Assembly: GCA_964371255.1 (NCBI GenBank)
Contig: CAYJKV010000006.1
Span: forward strand, 9,806 to 73,805
Length of the DNA stretch: 64,000 nt
Direction of reading: 5' to 3'
Source of the DNA: an uncultured Candidatus Saccharibacteria bacterium
GTDB taxonomy: Bacteria; Patescibacteriota; Andersenbacteria; UBA10190
The position numbers and the translations under genes were made by a program. The notes below the pieces were generated by a model. That model did not search any database, was not told the DNA's origin, and was given only the letters and a program-made list of their open reading frames with translations. Every line of letters begins with the position of its first letter. Position 1 is the first letter of the stretch. This document shows, one piece after another, positions 1 to 9,850 of the stretch.

Positions 1-96
1 TTTGGGGTTTCCAGCGCTATCGGCATTATCTTTGGGTACTATCCCGCACGACGAGCTGCCCAGCTGCAACCTATCGTTGCCTTGAGGCACGAATAA
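1..96 (+). CDS. 3' end of an ABC-transporter permease (FtsX/MacB family), partial at window edge
   Basis: Frame 1 translates to [31 protein letters not shown], the conserved C-terminal helix of FtsX/MacB permeases; stop TAA at 94-96. Confidence 0.6.
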   Translation, partial: FGVSSAIGIIFGYYPARRAAQLQPIVALRHE

Positions 97-127
97 CTTT
101 AATTCTAAATTAATAATTAAGTACTTT

Positions 128-613
128 ATGACTACCAAAACAACAATTGCGGTAACAGCCATTATTTGCCTACTAGTTGGCGCAGCAGGAGGATATTTTG
201 GCCGAGGGTTCGTTCGACAAAATCGCCCCCTAGACCCCATCGGAAATCGTGGCATGTTTCAATCAGGCATGGAAAATTTTCCCGGTCGTTCCGGGCAAAA
301 TAGTCAAATGCCTGGCGGCGGCCGAGTTATTGGCGAGGTGCAATCAATCGCCGACGGACGGTTAACAATACAAACACCAAATAACAGCTCACAAATTGTC
401 TTAGTTAATAGCACCACCACCTACCAGCAAATAACTAGTGGCTCCGCCAGTGACGTTACTCCGGGTACACAAGTACTGGTCACGGGGCAACAAAATCCTG
501 ATGGCAGCACTACTGCCACTGCCATTCAAATTATTCCCGCAGGCATGAGCTTTCCTTTCGAGAATAGACCAGATAGGTTAAACGTAAATCAACCCAACAC
601 TAACCAGCAATAA
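128..613 (+). CDS. N-terminally membrane-anchored extracytoplasmic protein, DUF5666-like beta-rich domain
   Basis: N-terminal TM helix (IAVTAIICLLVGAAGGYF); Gly/Gln-rich linker; C-terminal pattern LTIQT..IVLVNSTTTY..GTQVLVTG..ATAIQII typical of small beta-barrel DUF5666-type proteins. Confidence 0.4.
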   Translation: MTTKTTIAVTAIICLLVGAAGGYFGRGFVRQNRPLDPIGNRGMFQSGMENFPGRSGQNSQMPGGGRVIGEVQSIADGRLTIQTPNNSSQIVLVNSTTTYQQITSGSASDVTPGTQVLVTGQQNPDGSTTATAIQIIPAGMSFPFENRPDRLNVNQPNTNQQ

Positions 614-692
614 TTAAAAATTGCAGTCGCAAAATTCCTATGCCTAAGGTATCTTCATTAGTTCTTTATTATAATCTTAGTAAGCAGCATCT

Positions 693-1355
693 ATGCGCAT
701 CTTAGTCGTCGAAGACGAGCCGAAGTTGAATAAGGGCATCGTGAAAGGTTTGAAAACCCGCGGCTATGCCGTTGACTTTGCTTTCGAAGGTCAAGCGGGA
801 GAAACTCTGGCTCGCCAAAATCCCTACGATCTAATCCTGCTCGATATTATGATGCCTCGCCGTGACGGACTTACCGTCTGCCGCAACCTGCGCCAAGACG
901 GCATCACCACCCCGATACTCTTCCTGACAGCCAAAGACGCTGTTGAAGATAAAGTAACGGGGTTAGACGAGGGAGCTGATGATTACCTGGTTAAGCCCTT
1001 TTCATTTGAGGAGCTAACAGCAAGAATTCGCAGCTTGCTGCGCCGACCAAACGCAGTGGTCTTGGATACATTGACGCTCGACAAACTGAGTCTCAACACT
1101 CAAGCTCACCGACTCACCATCAACAATACTGAGATTTCCCTGACCGCGCGCGAGTATGCATTACTGGAATATTTACTGCGTAACCGAGACAAAGTCCTTA
1201 CCCGAGAAGATATTCTCGATCATGTATGGGACAATTTTTATGACTCCCTCAGTAACGTGGTCGACGTGCATTTGAAGAATTTAAGAAAAAAATTACCAAA
1301 AGACTATGCCAAACGTATTACCACAATTCGCGGAAAAGGTTATCGGATTGCGTAA
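693..1355 (+). CDS. OmpR-family two-component response regulator (REC + winged-helix)
   Basis: MRILVVEDEPKL..DLILLDIMMP..LTAKD receiver motifs; C-terminal trans_reg_C (LTAREYALLEYLLRN...RGKGYRI). Confidence 0.9.
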   Translation: MRILVVEDEPKLNKGIVKGLKTRGYAVDFAFEGQAGETLARQNPYDLILLDIMMPRRDGLTVCRNLRQDGITTPILFLTAKDAVEDKVTGLDEGADDYLVKPFSFEELTARIRSLLRRPNAVVLDTLTLDKLSLNTQAHRLTINNTEISLTAREYALLEYLLRNRDKVLTREDILDHVWDNFYDSLSNVVDVHLKNLRKKLPKDYAKRITTIRGKGYRIA

Positions 1356-2355
1356 TAACCAGTTCCAGTTAACACGACTGCGCCTCACCGCTATTTATGC
1401 CGTCCTCCTTTTTACTGTTTTACTGATTTCCGGCCTTATTACCCACTCCGTTTTCTCCAGTCGGCTTGAGCATCGTGTTTCCTTTCGGGGTCGTCCCTTC
1501 CTCCCCCCACCCCAAATTTTACAAATAGATCGGGAAGCTCGCGACCAAGTACGGCAGGAGTTAATCACCTCAATGATTCTGGTTAATGGCACCCTCTTCA
1601 TTGGTGCCGTCGGACTTAGTTATATATTGGCTGGTCTCACTCTCCGTCCGATCAAGGAAGCATATGAACGCCAACGCCGCTTCTTAAGTGATGCCTCGCA
1701 CGAACTGCGTACGCCGTTAGCCATCCTGCAAACTGAGTTAGAAAATGAATTGGATAATACCAAGGCAAGCAATGGAGAAAAAGAAAATTCACAGAGCCAC
1801 CTGGAAGAAGTGCAGCGCATGAGCACCATCGTTAAAGACCTACTCTTAATCTCACGTCTCGATGGAGAAAATCAACTATCCACGCCTAAAGAAACTGTTG
1901 ACTTCAAAGAGATCATCACAGTAGCGGTCAAGCGTCTCCAGCAGTATGCCGCCAAGCATAAAATTAAAATAATTTCCTCTCCCCTGACGAGAACAACACC
2001 GCTTACAGTGACTGCTAATCGAGAGCACCTCCTGCAAGCAATAACCAACATTATTAAGAACGGTATTGATTACAATCAGCCCGAGGGCAAAGTTACAATC
2101 AGTCTGAAACCCAATAAAAACAGTGTCGATATTACAGTCAGCGATACTGGCATTGGCATCGCTGAAGCAGAAATTCCCAAACTTTTCGATCGTTTCTATC
2201 GGGTTGACCAAAGCCGATCGAGACAAATGGGCGGAAGCGGTTTAGGACTATCCATCGTTCAATCAGTCATCCTAGAGCTAAATGGCACCGTCCACATCAG
2301 CAGCCATCTGGGCAAGGGTACAACCGTTACCTTAACCTTTCCCCTAAAAGCATAA
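1306..2355 (+). CDS. Sensor histidine kinase (TM + HAMP + HisKA + HATPase_c)
   Basis: Two TM segments; H-box SHELRTPL; N/G boxes (NGIDYN, DTGIGI, GGSGLGLSIV); overlaps the regulator by ~50 nt, so the true start is probably downstream. Confidence 0.9.
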   Translation: MPNVLPQFAEKVIGLRNNQFQLTRLRLTAIYAVLLFTVLLISGLITHSVFSSRLEHRVSFRGRPFLPPPQILQIDREARDQVRQELITSMILVNGTLFIGAVGLSYILAGLTLRPIKEAYERQRRFLSDASHELRTPLAILQTELENELDNTKASNGEKENSQSHLEEVQRMSTIVKDLLLISRLDGENQLSTPKETVDFKEIITVAVKRLQQYAAKHKIKIISSPLTRTTPLTVTANREHLLQAITNIIKNGIDYNQPEGKVTISLKPNKNSVDITVSDTGIGIAEAEIPKLFDRFYRVDQSRSRQMGGSGLGLSIVQSVILELNGTVHISSHLGKGTTVTLTFPLKA

Positions 2356-2553
2356 AGCCCCACGAGCCTGACGCCCGTGGTTCCTACCGTAACAGAATGC
2401 CTTACCGCAGATAGAGCGGCGGAATCCCTCGTAGCCCTTCTGCTGGCGGAGGGAGAAGAAATGAGATAAAAACCTTCATACAATATTCACCATAGCTTCA
2501 TTGTCCTTTTGGCATAATAAAACCATTAATCCATAATCATTAACTATCAACCT

Positions 2554-3048
2554 ATGAAAGCCAAAAAAACATTGCTTGCCGCCAGCGCTATTGCCGTCCT
2601 GGGACTAAGTGCTTTTACCGCACTTCGTGCCAGCTCAACCTATGCCGCAGCAAATTCGTCTAACTTAATTGACCATTTCGCTGAACGATTCAACCTTAAC
2701 CGAGATGAAGTTCAGTCTGTCTTCGACGAGCATCGCTCGGCACAGCGGGCAGAGCATGAGCAGGTGATGCAAGACCACCTCGCCCAGGCCGTAACCGATG
2801 GAAAAATTACTCAAGCTCAAGCCGATCTTCTCTTAGTTAAACACACGGAAATGCAAACATTCATGGCATCACTAACTGACCAGACACCAGAAGAACGCCG
2901 CGAAGCCATGCAAACAAAAAGAGACGAGATGAGGCAGTGGGCGCAGGAAAATAATATCCCGCTCCAAAACTTACCGCTCGGCATGCCAGGACGTCACGGG
3001 CAAATGGGTGGCCAAATGGGAACAGGCTTCCATCGCTTCGGTAAATAG
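2554..3048 (+). CDS. Secreted CpxP/Spy-like periplasmic protein (LTxxQ motifs)
   Basis: Signal peptide (MKAKKTLLAASAIAVLGLSAF); two LTxxQ-like motifs (KITQAQADLL, LTDQTPEERREAMQ); located directly after the two-component pair, as cpxP is with cpxRA. Confidence 0.45.
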   Translation: MKAKKTLLAASAIAVLGLSAFTALRASSTYAAANSSNLIDHFAERFNLNRDEVQSVFDEHRSAQRAEHEQVMQDHLAQAVTDGKITQAQADLLLVKHTEMQTFMASLTDQTPEERREAMQTKRDEMRQWAQENNIPLQNLPLGMPGRHGQMGGQMGTGFHRFGK

Positions 3049-3068
3049 TAAAGCAAAAGAATACACAA

Positions 3069-3097
3069 ACCGCCGGTATTACCCGGCGGTTTTGTTT
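3069..3097 (+). terminator. Rho-independent terminator
   Basis: accgccgg-tattac-ccggcggt stem-loop followed by a T-run, immediately after the 2554-3048 CDS. Confidence 0.7.
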
Positions 3098-3401
3098 ACA
3101 CACAAATCAAGTTCGCACCGCTCTTAATAATAGTTCTTCGAGCCTGACGCAATGTTTTAATTTAAAGCCTTTTCATCGTATCTTCCTCGGAAGATAACGA
3201 TACCAACTTTCGTCGTAAATAAGCATAAATTACCAGCGCCGCTTGACTAAATAACCAAATTTCCGCTATATATAAAGTATGGCTAAAAACTGCCAACTGA
3301 ATAACCGGAAGATGACTGTCATCACTCGTGGCAGCAACTCTGCTTTGTCTTACCTGGGCGGTTTAAGCGCACCTAGCGCATAAATAGAAGAAATAACCGC
3401 T

Positions 3402-3434
3402 TGAACGCCTTGGTGAGATAAACCAAGGCGTTCT
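3402..3434. promoter_or_regulatory. Perfect 11-bp inverted repeat (gaacgccttgg ... ccaaggcgttc) 47 nt upstream of the MFS gene
   Basis: Seen directly in the sequence; could be an operator for a dimeric regulator or a terminator/attenuator. Confidence 0.4.
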
Positions 3435-3480
3435 TAGTTTATCTACCGTTCTTTTACAAAGGCACTATCAGGAATCCACC

Positions 3481-4713
3481 ATGGCCACCCATCACACCAC
3501 ACAATTGAACAATGTCATCGCAAAAAGCTCCACCCGAGACATCCGCAGCAACCTCTGGAAAATGTCTGTCATAACGGCTGCCAACGAAGCCCTCTTTCTC
3601 ATTCCCGTGATCGTCCCCTTCTTTCAGGAAAACGGACTATCACTAAAACAGGTCTTTCTGCTTCAAGGTATTTTTGCTCTCTCGCTCATGGTACTGGAAA
3701 TACCCTCCGGTTATCTATCCGACCGCTGGGGGCGCAAACCAACCATGCTGATTGGGTCAATGGTAGGGGTATTTGGCGCACTGTTGTATTCACTCTCTTC
3801 CACGTTTTGGGGTTTCTTTGTCGGAGAAATACTGCTGGCTGTAATGGTTAGCTTCTACTCCGGCACCAAAGAAGCTATCGTGTATGACACTCTCCTGGAA
3901 CTCGGTGAGGAAAAATCCTACCGCCGCTTTATTGGACGACAACAGTTTGCCGGCCTCTCGTCCCAAGCTATCGCTAGTATAGTTGGCGGACTGCTTACCG
4001 TGATAGCTTTAAGAGCCACGGTATGGGCAACAGTGATTCCATTCTCAATTGGTCTGTTTGTTGCGTTTTTTCTGCACGAACCTAAACGGCATAAACTCCA
4101 GGAGACAAGACACTTCAAAGCGATCTGCAATATAACCACCCATACGTTAGTAAAGAACGTACCGCTGCGCAACATCATCATACTTCACGCGGTCATTTCG
4201 TCCCTTACTTTAACATTAGTGTGGTTTACCCAGCCTTATCAGACAATGGTGGAATTACCGTTAGTCCTCTTCGGTGTCACCCACGCGTTCATAATGATTA
4301 TGACGGGGTTCGCGTCCAAGTGGGTCCATCTCTTACAGGAAAAAGCTGACGATCGTCTGATCCTGATTACCATTGCGATTGTTGTCACCGCCAGCTATCT
4401 GACGCTGGGCTTTGTGACATCGCTGTGGGGTATAGCGATCATATTCTTGGGAAGAGTGATGTGGGGTTTCCTCACTCCGTTGACTAGCGATATGGTGAAT
4501 CGCATGACGACATCCGAAATTCGGGCAACAACCCTCTCTATCAGATCGTTTGGATCTAGCCTATTATTCGGCATCGCTTCTCCCTTCATCGGCTTCTTAG
4601 CTGATGTCTTGACCTTAAATCAGGCCTTATTCACCACCGGCGTTGTGAGCAGTGTAATTCTGGTAATAGTTTTTATCAGGATGACGCCAGTGTGGCAGCA
4701 AGTGCCTAAATAA
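3481..4713 (+). CDS. MFS transporter
   Basis: About 12 predicted TM helices with a central hydrophilic loop; MFS-like motif GYLSDRWGRKPTMLIG after TM2. Confidence 0.8.
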   Translation: MATHHTTQLNNVIAKSSTRDIRSNLWKMSVITAANEALFLIPVIVPFFQENGLSLKQVFLLQGIFALSLMVLEIPSGYLSDRWGRKPTMLIGSMVGVFGALLYSLSSTFWGFFVGEILLAVMVSFYSGTKEAIVYDTLLELGEEKSYRRFIGRQQFAGLSSQAIASIVGGLLTVIALRATVWATVIPFSIGLFVAFFLHEPKRHKLQETRHFKAICNITTHTLVKNVPLRNIIILHAVISSLTLTLVWFTQPYQTMVELPLVLFGVTHAFIMIMTGFASKWVHLLQEKADDRLILITIAIVVTASYLTLGFVTSLWGIAIIFLGRVMWGFLTPLTSDMVNRMTTSEIRATTLSIRSFGSSLLFGIASPFIGFLADVLTLNQALFTTGVVSSVILVIVFIRMTPVWQQVPK

Positions 4714-4911
4714 AACCAAGCGGTACGACAACTTCGTGCCGCTTTTTCTTACACTCACCCCAAGGCACTTTATGACTCTTTGAGATAAATCGCTATCAGT
4801 TACTGGATAATCACACAAAGAAAAACTATCAAGGTACCCGGTACCATAATATTTTAACGCTCCGGAGTGCAAGTAAAGTTCGAACCAAAATTCCGCTGAT
4901 GAAACACCCGA

Positions 4912-4956
4912 TTTACTCCCCTAAAAAAGAAAAGACCCCGGCCAGCATGTAGCCAG
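4912..4956 (-). terminator. Rho-independent terminator for the minus-strand gene 4990-5517
   Basis: Minus strand reads caaaccccgactggctacatgctggccggggtc followed by ttttctttttt. Confidence 0.55.
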
Positions 4957-4989
4957 TCGGGGTTTGAATGATCAAGACAGAACAAACGG

Positions 4990-5517
4990 TTAACTCAGGA
5001 AATCCACTCCCTGCTTCATCTCATCGTCGTTCTCGTAGGTATCATGGGCCAACGCGACGATGGTGTCGGCGACAATGCCGGAGATGAGCTTGTCGAAATA
5101 TGGCTGAACACCAGAACAGGTAACCACGATTCCGCGCCGTTTGACGCCACCCCAATACGGAGTATCGCCGGGAAAGAGCAGGTGCGGCACCGGGCTGGTA
5201 CGATCGTCATTGCGATCAGTCCACAATTGCAGTGCTTTGCACCGGGCAATGTTGTCATACTCGTGTTCCCACGCGTTCTTATCGCCGACGCTTTGTTCGT
5301 AGATCGCGACGGGCTGCAGCAGATAGTTCGGCCAGTCGGGGTAATTCGCCTCGCGAGCGTCTTCCATTGCTGGCACGAGAACCACGACGTGGCAGTCATG
5401 CCGCTTGACCTTGTGCATCAGCGGTGCCGTCTGAAGTACCGTATGAACGGCAATCTCGACGGCCTGTTGTGCAATCTCTTTTGTCAGGTACTTCGGGGTA
5501 AGCAGTTGTTGCGTCAC
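4990..5517 (-). CDS. Hypothetical protein (175 aa)
   Basis: Intact ORF with terminator; locally higher GC; no motif recognised. Confidence 0.45.
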   Translation of the reverse strand: MTQQLLTPKYLTKEIAQQAVEIAVHTVLQTAPLMHKVKRHDCHVVVLVPAMEDAREANYPDWPNYLLQPVAIYEQSVGDKNAWEHEYDNIARCKALQLWTDRNDDRTSPVPHLLFPGDTPYWGGVKRRGIVVTCSGVQPYFDKLISGIVADTIVALAHDTYENDDEMKQGVDFLS

Positions 5518-5544
5518 GGAAATCTCCTTGTTGAGAGGTTGAAG

Positions 5545-6156
5545 TTAAATCCACTCCGACAGAGGAAGCTTTTTCTTCCATCGGTACAGAATGAGAGGGA
5601 GAGACACGCCTAATGCTCCGAAGAACATCCAAAGTGGCAGCACATAGTTTGAGAACGTATGTTCGGTGATGGCAAAGATTGCCAAGCCATAACCAACGGC
5701 GAAAAAGCACCAAGCAAATGGTCGGTCACCATTAGGCTGTGTCCACACAAAGTGGAACGTGGGAATCGCCGCGAACGCATCAGCTCCTATTGCCAGATAC
5801 AACGCAAACTGCGCCAGCTCCGGTCTGTCATGCACCGCAACCCAAATCCCAAGTGAGATCAGGCCGAGAACGAGACAGAAAATCTCGATGCGGTTCATTC
5901 TCTTCCATCGGCCATGTTTTTTCAGCACCAGCAGTGTAATCAGCAGTGGATTGGTAAAACCAAACATCGCCGGCCACACGTTCGCTCCTGCTCCGGAGCT
6001 CTTGTAGGTCAGCAGCAGTGCCAACCCAATCAGTGTCCACAACGACCAGCTCGTCAGATTTGGGTGGATCTTACCTTCATACGTCCGAATGGCGTATGGG
6101 ATAATGCTCACGATGACGAGCAATCCGGAAATAAAGCCAATCGTTTCAGTACTCAA
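5545..6156 (-). CDS. Integral membrane protein (about 6 TM), unknown function
   Basis: Hydrophobic helices throughout; in an apparent operon with 4990-5517; elevated GC. Confidence 0.5.
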   Translation of the reverse strand: MSTETIGFISGLLVIVSIIPYAIRTYEGKIHPNLTSWSLWTLIGLALLLTYKSSGAGANVWPAMFGFTNPLLITLLVLKKHGRWKRMNRIEIFCLVLGLISLGIWVAVHDRPELAQFALYLAIGADAFAAIPTFHFVWTQPNGDRPFAWCFFAVGYGLAIFAITEHTFSNYVLPLWMFFGALGVSLPLILYRWKKKLPLSEWI

Positions 6157-6328
6157 GAATCACCTCCATTTCGTGTTTTGGATCAGGAATTGACCTATTG
6201 ATTGTCAATGAGCAGCTTCGCAAGCTATGCTTGACGAAGACCGTGCAATATAGCATTATACAGTGTCTGTGTCAACGTCGACACAGCAAATACTAAAACC
6301 CACAAGACCCCTATTTCGGAGGCAAATA

Positions 6329-6724
6329 ATGACACTCTCTGCACCTTACCAATCCGTGCTCGATCAATGGGAGAACCAAGGTATTCGAGTTATGCAAGCT
6401 GACTGGACTACCAGTCTGCAACGTCACGTTGGCGCACAAGTCAAGTATCAAGGCGACCTCTGCTACGCCAAGCTCGCTATCGCCAGCCATGGCGACCTAG
6501 ATGAACCCGACATGTTCAACGGCATCTGCCGCGAGATATGGTGGTCGCAGGTAATCCAGCGATTACAGCAAAAAAACAGCTCATTTCCATTCACTTCGCC
6601 CCGCGTGTTTGCCACCAACGTGAGCCAGCAACCATTTCGGGATGAGGTGGCATGGTCGGTTAAAGGGGTCAAGTACTTGACCCCTTTATCGATCCCCATA
6701 ACCCCCTTTTTCCTGTCAGATTAA
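6329..6724 (+). CDS. Hypothetical protein
   Basis: ORF 6263-6724; the internal ATG at 6329 is preceded by GGAGG at -12, so it is the likelier start. Confidence 0.4.
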   Translation: MTLSAPYQSVLDQWENQGIRVMQADWTTSLQRHVGAQVKYQGDLCYAKLAIASHGDLDEPDMFNGICREIWWSQVIQRLQQKNSSFPFTSPRVFATNVSQQPFRDEVAWSVKGVKYLTPLSIPITPFFLSD

Positions 6725-7119
6725 AGTAATTGTTCAATAACTATTTTTGCGGTTTGGGATAAGTTGATCCTATTTAACTCTTCTCGAGTAAAAAATGCTG
6801 CCCCTGCCCCTTCGTGAATAGTAAATTCTTCCCAAGTTAAATGTTTGTCCACTTTAATTGCATGCACAATCTTATCCTCTCTGACTTGGGCATCACCCAC
6901 AATTCTTATATCTGCAGCCTCTAAATTGAAATCGAGCTCTTCTTTTACTTCTCTTATGCCAGCTTCAATTGAAGATTCTTCTGTTTCTATGCCACCACCG
7001 AAAAAGCCCCAGGTTAAGGGATCGCGAATATGCTCTGATCCGTCTCTCATTTGGAGTAAATATTCTCCATCTTGATTCGTGATAATAACATTAACTACAT
7101 GATTCATAGCGTTTGACAT
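6721..7119 (-). CDS. NUDIX hydrolase
   Basis: Nudix box GGGIETEESSIEAGIREVKEELDF (GX5EX7REUXEEXGU). Confidence 0.8.
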   Translation of the reverse strand: MSNAMNHVVNVIITNQDGEYLLQMRDGSEHIRDPLTWGFFGGGIETEESSIEAGIREVKEELDFNLEAADIRIVGDAQVREDKIVHAIKVDKHLTWEEFTIHEGAGAAFFTREELNRINLSQTAKIVIEQLL

Positions 7120-7132
7120 TGTAAATAATAAA

Positions 7133-7924
7133 TTGTATTGTACTCAGTTCCTGTGGTTTGTCTACAGGATTGTACACCTACAACCAGCCCATCCACTTCC
7201 TTCATCCCAAAGGAGTATTCCAGTGGCACAACAGAAACAACAACGGGGAGTCATCTACGTGGCAACCGGCGAAAGATACGCTCATGAGGTGATTATTTCC
7301 GCCAGAAGCCTTCGGCACCAAATGCCACGGCTACCCATCACGATTTTCACTAACGAGTCTCTGAGCGACACAAGCATATTCAATCGGGTCGAACCTGTTC
7401 CTGCAAACTTCTCACCAAAGGTAGTAAAAATTGCTTGCCTGCTGCGAACACCTTACAAGCACACACTCTATCTGGACGTGGATACATTTGTTTATACTAC
7501 GTTTCCTGAGCTCTTCAAACTGCTCGATAGATTCGATGTAGCAGCCGCCACTTCTCCGCAACGGATTAAACGCCCTACTCGGCGTATTCCAAACTGCTTT
7601 CCTGAGATGAACGCAGGGGTTATTCTCTACAAGCTCTCGAAGGGAACACAGAATCTCCTGAGGGAGTGGCAACGGCTCTATGAGCGACAAGGGAAACGAG
7701 CGGGAGCGCAAGATGAGCCGCCGTTTCGACAGGCATTATACGAGAGTAAAATTCAGTTGGCACCGTTGCCACCTGAATACAACTGTCGCATCGCCTATCC
7801 GAACTGTGTGAATGGAATAGTAAAGATCGTTCATGGCAGAAGCGATAATCTGGAACAGATTGCACATGACATTAATCAGAGAGAGGACTACAGGACGTAT
7901 ATTCCTGAGCAGGGTCTTCTCTAA
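7133..7924 (+). CDS. Nucleotide-diphospho-sugar glycosyltransferase (GT8-like fold, DXD motif)
   Basis: VIYVATGERY N-terminal Rossmann start; DVD (YLDVDTFV) DXD motif; exact start uncertain. Confidence 0.55.
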   Translation: MYCTQFLWFVYRIVHLQPAHPLPSSQRSIPVAQQKQQRGVIYVATGERYAHEVIISARSLRHQMPRLPITIFTNESLSDTSIFNRVEPVPANFSPKVVKIACLLRTPYKHTLYLDVDTFVYTTFPELFKLLDRFDVAAATSPQRIKRPTRRIPNCFPEMNAGVILYKLSKGTQNLLREWQRLYERQGKRAGAQDEPPFRQALYESKIQLAPLPPEYNCRIAYPNCVNGIVKIVHGRSDNLEQIAHDINQREDYRTYIPEQGLL

Positions 7925-7934
7925 CCACCTTACC

Positions 7935-7962
7935 AGCGCGACAGGAAGTTGCGCTTTTTTTT
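7935..7962 (+). terminator. Rho-independent terminator
   Basis: agcgcgac-aggaa-gttgcgct stem followed by an 8 T-run. Confidence 0.7.
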
Positions 7963-8413
7963 GGTTAAAAATGTTATTGAAAGTTCTTCGAAAGCATAAT
8001 TAGTTAAAAGTTCGAAACCGATCCCCGGCAGGAAATAAATTCTACAGAACCGAAAACTTTTAAGTTAAGAGTTGCAAAAACACCGCCTAGACTTTAGCGA
8101 TGTTTTTGTGCCTTGTCAGGCTATTTTATTCTGGTCTTTCACACCATGTCCCACTGGATAGAGACCAGTTGACCAGAACAAAATTGATACGCTCCCGCTC
8201 TTGAATATGTTTAGAACAGTTAATTGGACAAAAATTAAACAAGAAATGCGATTTGCGAGATTATATAACCTTGCCTTAAGCGCATAACATTAGAAAGGGA
8301 ACGCGGGGAATTGAGGTCAAGTACAATTAACTTATTAAGCTACCGACTTTGATAGTTATACTTGCCCCTTTATCTTCCCCGCAAAAAGCATCATTACGAA
8401 AATTCTCTAAAAT

Positions 8414-9265
8414 TTATACATTTTTCAAATAATCCAAAAACTTTCCGAGCTTGCTTTTTCTTTTCGAGTACATCAGTTCCTTGAGATAAGGTATTTCTTT
8501 TTTCATCATTCGTTCACCAGTCAGAATCTTATTTTGGCCATTCACAAAGTCATACCATTTGTTGGATCCTAAATCCAAATTCATCACAATGTCCGCTTCT
8601 TTTGACTGATAAAGAGACAAATAATGGCGCATGATATTCATCGAATCATACGCAATGTCCAATAAGCCAGATCGCCAATCGTCGTCAACGTAGTGTTTAT
8701 CCAAATTGACAGCCATCACAATATCCGCGCCCATTTTTCTCACAATTTCTACCGGTACCGGCGATCCCACTCCTCCGTCAACTAATACTCTTCCATCCCT
8801 TTCCACTGGTTGAAAAACCAAAGGCATCGAGATGCTGGCTCGAATAGCCTCTGCTAAATTCCCGCTATCCAGCACAACCACTTCACCTGTTTTGATATCG
8901 GTCGCTGCGGCCGAAAACGGTATACGACAATCTTTGAAGTCTTTGGCTACCAAATTGTTTGCAATAAAAGAGTTTACTCTCTCTCCTTTAATAAATCCTT
9001 TTCCTACCCGAAGATCAATCAAAGAGAACATACCCCGATTGGTCATATTTAATGCAATTTTTTCAATTTCTCCTATGTCTAACCCCGAGGCATAGATACC
9101 GCCAATCATGGCACCAATGCTGGAACCAGCAATGTAGTCGATCGGAATATTATTTTCTTCCAGAATTTTTATCACCCCAATATGAGCCAACCCTCTAGCC
9201 CCTCCACTGCCCAGCGCCAAACCTATTTTAAGTTGTTTCTTCTTTTTCATAAATCGAATCATCAT
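8414..9265 (-). CDS. Patatin-like phospholipase (RssA family)
   Basis: Oxyanion GSGGARG, nucleophile elbow GSSIGA (GXSXG), catalytic DGG/DGGV later in the sequence. Confidence 0.85.
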   Translation of the reverse strand: MMIRFMKKKKQLKIGLALGSGGARGLAHIGVIKILEENNIPIDYIAGSSIGAMIGGIYASGLDIGEIEKIALNMTNRGMFSLIDLRVGKGFIKGERVNSFIANNLVAKDFKDCRIPFSAAATDIKTGEVVVLDSGNLAEAIRASISMPLVFQPVERDGRVLVDGGVGSPVPVEIVRKMGADIVMAVNLDKHYVDDDWRSGLLDIAYDSMNIMRHYLSLYQSKEADIVMNLDLGSNKWYDFVNGQNKILTGERMMKKEIPYLKELMYSKRKSKLGKFLDYLKNV

Positions 9266-9689
9266 TTGAAGTTGGCAACGACAGAATATCTCGGATTTCA
9301 GTCAGCACACCTTCGGCAAAACCATCCAAATCATCAAACGTCTTATGAACCACGCGCGTAATGCCTATTGATTCGGCCTGCTGATTCCACTCTGGTATGG
9401 AAGATATAGACACAATGTGGTCCAAATCAAACTTGCTAAAATTAAGCGCATGAAATGATCCACCCACTTTGCAGTCACGATCCAGCAACACAATATCATA
9501 GGTGTGCTTCGTATCAGGATTTATATACTCTTCCACCATCGAATACTCCGACAAAACCACCAGCGACACATCCCGACCCTGTACTTCTAACTCATGATCG
9601 AGCATATACAAGCGACGAGCCAGAACCGCGATTGTTTGAATGTCATCTTCGAGAAGTAAAATACGGACTATTTTGCTCATATAACTCAC
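9228..9689 (-). CDS. Stand-alone receiver (REC/CheY-like) domain protein
   Basis: ILLLEDD acidic pocket, phospho-acceptor region DIVLLDRD, conserved K (VVHK); no output domain; overlaps patatin start by 38 nt. Confidence 0.6.
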   Translation of the reverse strand: MSYMSKIVRILLLEDDIQTIAVLARRLYMLDHELEVQGRDVSLVVLSEYSMVEEYINPDTKHTYDIVLLDRDCKVGGSFHALNFSKFDLDHIVSISSIPEWNQQAESIGITRVVHKTFDDLDGFAEGVLTEIRDILSLPTSNDDSIYEKEETT

Positions 9690-9850
9690 ATTATACCTGC
9701 ACCAACAGCCAGTCGAAGGGACTTAAATGGCATTTCAAGCTTAAAGGGATCCACCACTATTATTCCGTTCTCAACTATCGTTCAATTCAGCTCCACGGGT
9801 CGGATAGTATGGAGTAAATTCCTGACCCTAGTTCTGAAAACCAAACAAAC

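Noticed and set aside
5044-5613. 189-aa ORF on the plus strand overlapping 4990-5517
   Set aside because: Antisense shadow of the minus-strand gene, which has a terminator and operon partner. No independent signals.
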